Source: Chloroflexota bacterium (GTDB lineage Bacteria > Chloroflexota > Anaerolineae > Aggregatilineales > J027). From it: a DNA stretch of 64,000 nt. The notes below the pieces were generated by a model. The model worked only from the letters and a program-made list of their open reading frames with translations. It was not told the origin of the DNA and made no database searches. The DNA is taken from positions 192,009 through 256,008 of the forward strand of contig JABFGB010000005.1 in assembly GCA_013112715.1 (NCBI GenBank). Direction: 5' to 3'. A program made the position numbers and the translations under genes. Every line of letters begins with the position of its first letter. Position 1 is the stretch's first letter. Below, piece after piece: positions 58,999-64,000 of this stretch.

Positions 58999-60645
58999 AT
59001 GAGTACCTTGCAATCCATCCGGTGGCGATTACCCCTCAGTTATGCAGGCATTGCGTTGTTGGCGACCCTAGCATTGGGGACGGTTTTGCTGACCACGCTC
59101 AATGGCTATTATACGCAGCGGGAACGCGAATATCTCCACCGCATTTCTGGGCCGTTCTCGCGTAATATCGAGCAGCTTGCCTCGGATGGGGTTGCTTTGA
59201 AGGATATGCAATACGTCATAGACAATCACAGTTTTATTGCGCGTTCACGGGTACGCCTACTCGATCCAAATTCACAAGTCGTCTTAGATACGGGCACTTT
59301 CACAGGTGGCGACTTTATCACCATCAGCGTCGAGGGTGCGCCTCCCGATGCCATCTTGAGCACAGGCAGCGTGGCGATGGCAGGAGGAGGTGGAGATTCG
59401 GGGATGCCTCCGGATTTGCAAGTGACGCAAGGCTCAGTGACCACACCAGCGATTATCTCGTTTTTCAGTGTTAATGGCCGAATACCTCTTGAATATAATA
59501 TTTCTCAAGCTGAAGATTCCCTAATGTACGGTCCGGCGGAGATCAGGGGGCAGTCCCGGATGTTTTCTGTACCTGTTGGGGGTAGCTCATTTGGATATGA
59601 TTCGGATAACCCCGATATTTCGATAGATGGACAGCACTCCAGTGAAAAAATCATCCGACCTTTGTATACCGATAACGGGACATTCATTGGTTATCTGGAA
59701 GTATCGGAAGGGCCAGCCTTTGGGCGTGAAATATTGGACAGTGTGGCACAAGGCTTGGTGAGTGCCGGAGCAGTAGCGATTATTTTAGCTGCGCTGGTTG
59801 GTTGGTTAGTGAGTCGGAATATCAGCCAGCCCTTGCTTGCCCTGACCGAAGCGACCAGCCACATGGCCGATGGTCGGCTCTCCGCCCGGGTAGATTTGAA
59901 GCGGGGAGACGAACTGGGTATCTTGGCCCGCTCGTTTAATGACATGGCGCATCGCGTCGAGAATACCGTTGTCACACTGCGCCGATTTGTTGCTGATGCC
60001 GCCCATGAACTGCATACTCCCCTGACCGCCCTACGCACCAATCTCGAGTTAGCGGTTGTCGAAACCGACCCGCAGACCCGTGAAAACTTTATCCATCGAG
60101 CCGAAGCCCAAGCCAACCGCCTTGAACACCTGACCAACAGCCTGCTCGATTTGGCACGCATTGAATCCGGCTCGTATCAACATCAGACCCAATCGGTGGA
60201 TTTGACAGGATTGGTCAAACAAATCAATGAGGTTTATGCCTCACGGGCTGAACAGGCGGGGTTATCATTGAATCTTGAGACTCCCGCTCAGGAAGTCATC
60301 ATTGAAGCCAATGAGCCACAAATCACGCGGGTGATTGATAATCTACTGGATAACGCACTCAAATTTACCCCCGAAGAGGGCACGATTACATTGGGGCTGA
60401 TTCCACAAGAAAGTGATGTTGAAGTGTGGGTCAAAGATACGGGTATCGGCATCCCCCCCGAAGATTTGCCGAATCTATTTAACCGTTTTTATCGAGGGCA
60501 TAACGTAGCGGCTTATCCGGGCAATGGCCTCGGCCTTGTGATTATCAAAGCTATTGTAGAGGAACACCGGGGTACAGTGGCGGTTCACAGCGACCATTCC
60601 GGCACACGTTTTTCGGTCAAGCTACCAAAGGGGGCAGTATCATGA
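58999..60645 (+). CDS. Sensor histidine kinase (TM, ~230-aa extracytoplasmic domain, TM, HAMP, HisKA, HATPase)
   Basis: H-box AAHELHTPLTAL, N-box DNLLDNALKF, G-boxes DTGIGI and GNGLGLVI. Confidence 0.9.
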   Translation: MSTLQSIRWRLPLSYAGIALLATLALGTVLLTTLNGYYTQREREYLHRISGPFSRNIEQLASDGVALKDMQYVIDNHSFIARSRVRLLDPNSQVVLDTGTFTGGDFITISVEGAPPDAILSTGSVAMAGGGGDSGMPPDLQVTQGSVTTPAIISFFSVNGRIPLEYNISQAEDSLMYGPAEIRGQSRMFSVPVGGSSFGYDSDNPDISIDGQHSSEKIIRPLYTDNGTFIGYLEVSEGPAFGREILDSVAQGLVSAGAVAIILAALVGWLVSRNISQPLLALTEATSHMADGRLSARVDLKRGDELGILARSFNDMAHRVENTVVTLRRFVADAAHELHTPLTALRTNLELAVVETDPQTRENFIHRAEAQANRLEHLTNSLLDLARIESGSYQHQTQSVDLTGLVKQINEVYASRAEQAGLSLNLETPAQEVIIEANEPQITRVIDNLLDNALKFTPEEGTITLGLIPQESDVEVWVKDTGIGIPPEDLPNLFNRFYRGHNVAAYPGNGLGLVIIKAIVEEHRGTVAVHSDHSGTRFSVKLPKGAVS

Positions 60646-61340
60646 GACCTACCCATCATATTCTGGTGATTGAAGACGACCCCGGCATAGCCTATAGTCT
60701 GCAAGATGGCCTCAAACGTGAAGGTTACACGGTGACATGGAAAGCCAATGGGCATGAAGGAATGGATTTTGCCCGCGACATCAAGCCCCATCTGATTATT
60801 TTGGATGTCCGCCTACCCGATGGTTCCGGCTTCGATTTTTGTCGCCAAATGCGCTATATGGGCCTGCGTCAGCCGATTATTATGCTGACCGTCAACCGTG
60901 AGGAGATGGATAAGGTGCTGGGGCTGGAAATGGGAGCGGATGATTATGTCACCAAACCCTACAGCCTACGCGAATTGGCCTCACGAGTGCGGGCACAGTT
61001 GCGGCGGGCCTATGGCGAACTTGCCAGCACCGACAGCAATACCCTCTATGTCGGCGACCTTTTGATTGATCGGGCGCGAGGGCAGGTAACGCGCGGTGAG
61101 GATGTGGTGAACCTGACCCCCACCGAGTTTCGGCTGCTGACATTTATGGCCCAACACCCCAATCAAATCCTCAATCGTAACCAGATTTTGGATGCTGTGT
61201 GGGGTTATGAAAGCGACCCCGACAGTGAACAGATCGTGAAGGTCAACATTCGGCGGTTGCGTGAAAAAATTGAAATTGACCCCAGCCGCCCCACGGTGCT
61301 ACTGACGGTGCCGGGGATTGGTTATAAGCTGGTGTGTTGA
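60642..61340 (+). CDS. OmpR/PhoB-family response regulator
   Basis: Receiver domain (VIEDD, ILDVRLPDGSG, KP). Winged-helix domain (LTPTEFRLLTF, GIGYKL). ATGA overlap with the kinase gene. Confidence 0.9.
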   Translation: MRPTHHILVIEDDPGIAYSLQDGLKREGYTVTWKANGHEGMDFARDIKPHLIILDVRLPDGSGFDFCRQMRYMGLRQPIIMLTVNREEMDKVLGLEMGADDYVTKPYSLRELASRVRAQLRRAYGELASTDSNTLYVGDLLIDRARGQVTRGEDVVNLTPTEFRLLTFMAQHPNQILNRNQILDAVWGYESDPDSEQIVKVNIRRLREKIEIDPSRPTVLLTVPGIGYKLVC

Positions 61341-61349
61341 GACGATGTG

Positions 61350-62339
61350 TCAGATCGTCAGGCCCATCCGCGCATACGCATAGCGACGTTTAAAGCCGAG
61401 TTGCTCGACGGCTTCAATCAGGTTGGTCTGCCACACTGGAATTTGAATCTCAATCTTATGGCCCGGACTGAGTTCAAGGATTTCGCGCACCAACTTGACC
61501 AAGAGAGGATAAGCCAGTTCAGGCTGAGTGGGGTCTATCTCTAGGATGATATTATTTAGACCGCCCTTTTTTCTCAACGCCCCAAAACGACCAACAGCGA
61601 CTACCTGCCCATTTTTATCCTGCACCTGATAGCGGCGGCGAGTCGTCTTAGTAATATAGCTGATAATGGACATCATGATTCGGGCGGCGGCGGGTACGCG
61701 GTAGACCGATTCCGCGACTGGCTCATATTCCTGCACAATTGCCGGGGTAATGCGCTGCGCCAGCTGATAACGCGGCTGCCATTCGGATGACTTTAGGGGA
61801 GCCATGGTATAAGTGGAAGTCCATGGGGCCTCAGTGGGTGGGGTAGGGGCTTCATAATCGTAGGTGATGCTGGTCGTATAGTTCACAAACCCCAGTTTTT
61901 CATAAAGTTGTTGGGCGGGCAAATTGCCATCAATTACGTCTAATATAATCTTTTTCGCGCCGCGCTCTCGGCCCAATTTCAAACAGGCTTCAACCAATTT
62001 TCGGGCGAGACCCTTACGCCGATGATCCGGCAGTACCGCCACATTCGACACCATCCATGTATCACTTTTGCCACGCCGCCCGATATTGGCTGTCCCAATG
62101 CGTTTGCCGCCTTCCTCCCAGACGTAACCGTGCATCATATCCTTCATGGAAGGTGAAATAAGGAACAGCACCCGAAAAATGGGCCATAGTTTTTTGACTG
62201 TTCGCAGCATAACGAGGGTGGATTCTTGTTCTTCATCGTCCATATCCCATTCGGGGTGGTCGGGATACTTGGCGGCAACACTCCACACTTCCAACATGCT
62301 ATCAATATCTTTGGGCATCGTAAAGGGGCGGAGAGACAT
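61350..62339 (-). CDS. GNAT-family N-acetyltransferase (two-lobed, 329 aa)
   Basis: Acetyl-CoA loop HRRKGLARKLV. Convergent with the response regulator gene, with a small shared hairpin gacgat/atcgtc at 61341-61359. Confidence 0.65.
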   Translation of the reverse strand: MSLRPFTMPKDIDSMLEVWSVAAKYPDHPEWDMDDEEQESTLVMLRTVKKLWPIFRVLFLISPSMKDMMHGYVWEEGGKRIGTANIGRRGKSDTWMVSNVAVLPDHRRKGLARKLVEACLKLGRERGAKKIILDVIDGNLPAQQLYEKLGFVNYTTSITYDYEAPTPPTEAPWTSTYTMAPLKSSEWQPRYQLAQRITPAIVQEYEPVAESVYRVPAAARIMMSIISYITKTTRRRYQVQDKNGQVVAVGRFGALRKKGGLNNIILEIDPTQPELAYPLLVKLVREILELSPGHKIEIQIPVWQTNLIEAVEQLGFKRRYAYARMGLTI

Positions 62340-62691
62340 TTTGGATACTCCTCATTCAATTTTGGCGGTATCTATTTATACGCAAAAAGCAGTCAATTCG
62401 ATGCACATGGAGGGTAGAAAATTTTGCATACAGAATATACATTCTATTATTGTGGGTTATATGCGCCGAATTTGAATCCGTAACCACGGTTACGCATGAG
62501 TTTGTATTATGACGATAGAGTTAGTGTAGCGAATCGGCTTGAAAAGGGGAAATCAGGGGTAAGGAAGGGTAAGAAATTAACCGTTTTCAAATGGGAGTGA
62601 AATTTTTGGAGATAGCAATTCGCTCACGGGGTTAAAGCCGACGTGCTGAATCTAGATTAAACTCAGGCTGGTCAACATGAGACTATAGTTT

Positions 62692-62720
62692 TTGTGGTGG
62701 TCGCAGTTCTGAAATATACT
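62692..62720 (+). promoter_or_regulatory. Possible promoter (TTGTGG-17-TATACT) for the second TIR gene
   Basis: TTGTGG 62692-62697, TATACT 62715-62720. GTG start at 62753. Confidence 0.3.
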
Positions 62721-62752
62721 ATTGATAAGCAATATTTCATGGGGAAAATATA

Positions 62753-63742
62753 GTGGGTCATCTTTTTATCAGTTATAGCAAAAAAGATATAGATTTCGCT
62801 CGTAACCTGAAAAAATCTTTGAACGATGCAGGTTTCGATGTTTGGATGGACGAGTCGGAAATTCATCCGGGTCAAGTCTGGGATGATGTTCTTCAACAAA
62901 ATGTCTTGAGTAGTTCTGCTTTATTGGTAGTGATGTCCTCAAATTCTCGCAAATCAGATTGGGTGAAAAATGAAGTTGAATTAGCACGGGAAAAGAAAAT
63001 TCCGATCTTCCCGATTTTGTTAGAGGGTGAGGTCTGGTTTGGGCTTCGACATCTTCAATATGAGGATATGCGCGATCAAGAAAAAACAGTCAAACTCTCT
63101 ATAGAATTTACTGTCAGTTTACGCCAAACGACCTCTGACAAAGGCCATATTCCTTCAACGCCAAAGACAAATCGCCGTATTCGACTTAATGAACCCTGGG
63201 CTATTATTATTGCAGCCCTCATAAGCGGAATATGCCTCATTATTGCCGCATTAATTGCGCTTGGCGATAACAATGACAACGAGAAATCTGAATCTACTCC
63301 ACCGCAAATTGTAGAAGCGACCACTACCGTTGCTCAAACTGTATCGCCATCCAGTACACCCACCAGCACGCCGACTGCCTCTGCCACAACATCCAATATT
63401 CCTACCCAAACAAACGCCGCGACGACGATTTTTACTTCCATACCTACCGAAAGTTCGATTTTAACCACAACTGCCCCCACGACCATCGCCTATCCATGCG
63501 AGGGTCAGATTGTAGATGCTGGTTCGTATGTGACTTCACTCAATGTGGTACGCATTAGTCCATCTCCTGATGCACGATTACGTCCACCTGTCAAAGTTGG
63601 TGATGTAGTGACGATAGAGGCAAAAGAGGGAGAAACAATAGCAAATACCTGGTATCAAATAACCTATGAAGGCCCGAATGGGAGTATTTCGGGCTGGATA
63701 CCCGATGAATATCTAGCTCTATCTGAAAACTGCCCTAAATAA
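62753..63742 (+). CDS. TIR, TM, S/T-rich linker, SH3b-like domain protein
   Basis: HLFISYSKKDI...FDVWMDE...LLVVMSSNSRKSDWVKNEVELA is TIR_2-like with the conserved W...E. TM helix WAIIIAALISGICLIIAALIAL. T/S/P linker. C-terminal LNVVRISPSP...WYQITYEG..GSISGWIPDEYL is SH3b-like. Confidence 0.75.
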   Translation: MGHLFISYSKKDIDFARNLKKSLNDAGFDVWMDESEIHPGQVWDDVLQQNVLSSSALLVVMSSNSRKSDWVKNEVELAREKKIPIFPILLEGEVWFGLRHLQYEDMRDQEKTVKLSIEFTVSLRQTTSDKGHIPSTPKTNRRIRLNEPWAIIIAALISGICLIIAALIALGDNNDNEKSESTPPQIVEATTTVAQTVSPSSTPTSTPTASATTSNIPTQTNAATTIFTSIPTESSILTTTAPTTIAYPCEGQIVDAGSYVTSLNVVRISPSPDARLRPPVKVGDVVTIEAKEGETIANTWYQITYEGPNGSISGWIPDEYLALSENCPK

Positions 63743-63761
63743 ATTCTAGCTGGAGGTCGAA

Positions 63762-63902
63762 ATGAGAACTTTTTCTGTTGTGATTTCAACTATTTTACTG
63801 GCTTCAGCCTTGTCTATCACTGAAACTAGAATTGCCAATGCCCAAGACACAACCAGACCTGTTCAATGCGGCGAAATCATCGAGGCTGAATTAAGCCACT
63901 AG
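63762..63902 (+). pseudogene. Short signal-peptide ORF (46 aa), possibly the truncated 5' end of another PPC-type secreted protein
   Basis: ggaggt RBS, then MRTFSVVISTILLASALSITETRIANAQDTTRPVQCGEIIEAELSH-stop. The mature N-terminus resembles the start of the PPC repeats at 24285 and 26953 (..YGDTATGSI.., ..FGETVTGEI..). Confidence 0.3.
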
Positions 63903-64000
63903 TCGAAAGTGATCAGCGAACAAGAGACGATCAGGGTGATGCCAAACATTCTGTTGGGTGTGCATAAAAGCATCAACTGAAGCCTGCAACTCATCCAAGG
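63891..64000 (-). CDS. 3' end of a convergent ORF running off the window (unknown; faintly transposase-C-terminus-like)
   Basis: Reverse frame reads ...LDELQASVDAFMHTQQNVWHHPDRLLFADHFRLVA-stop. Only 36 codons are visible. Confidence 0.25.
   Translation of the reverse strand, partial: LDELQASVDAFMHTQQNVWHHPDRLLFADHFRLVA

Overview
About 64 kb of densely coded bacterial chromosome. GC is roughly 50-55% from hand counts of sample lines. Nearly all genes are on the + strand. Gene content suggests a Chloroflexota-like organism: GT-C glycosyltransferase with C-terminal repeat domains, membrane-anchored YvcK, many secreted repeat proteins, TIR proteins. That is a guess I cannot verify.

Genes in order:
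- Heterodimeric ABC exporter pair, 5' partial at the window edge.
- ADP-ribosylglycohydrolase flanked by two paralogous unknown genes.
- LMW tyrosine phosphatase and fructosamine kinase.
- Five-gene lipid-linked glycan modification operon: GT2, GNAT, two methyltransferases, GT-C.
- recO, cdd and a CNNM/CBS gene on the - strand.
- holB, then a SAM-methyltransferase and SET-domain pair.
- A stand-alone 1550-aa glutamate synthase.
- A TIR-CBS fusion gene, then two secreted proteins made only of PPC-like repeats.
- CGNR zinc-finger gene divergent from an MFS gene, then azlCD.
- MoxR, DUF58, membrane spermidine-synthase-like and TIGR01906-like genes.
- yvcK, gap, pgk, a Ser/Thr kinase, tpiA.
- A proline-rich membrane protein.
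- BMP-type ABC importer.
- A double-domain solute-binding protein, then a MacB/FtsX-type module with HlyD adaptor, two ATPases, a LysM protein and a histidine kinase/OmpR pair.
- A GNAT gene on the - strand.
- A second TIR protein with receptor-like topology (TIR, TM, SH3b).

No rRNA, tRNA or CRISPR array was seen.

Best candidates for something undescribed:
1. Two AT-rich TIR genes, each immediately upstream of secreted PPC-type genes. One is a TIR-CBS fusion; the other is a single-pass TIR-TM-SH3b protein.
2. The ARH gene translationally coupled to, and sandwiched by, two divergent paralogs of an unrecognised family.
3. The MoxR/DUF58 pair coupled to a membrane spermidine-synthase-like gene and a TIGR01906-like gene.

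All functional calls rest on motifs read from the translations. No database search was possible.
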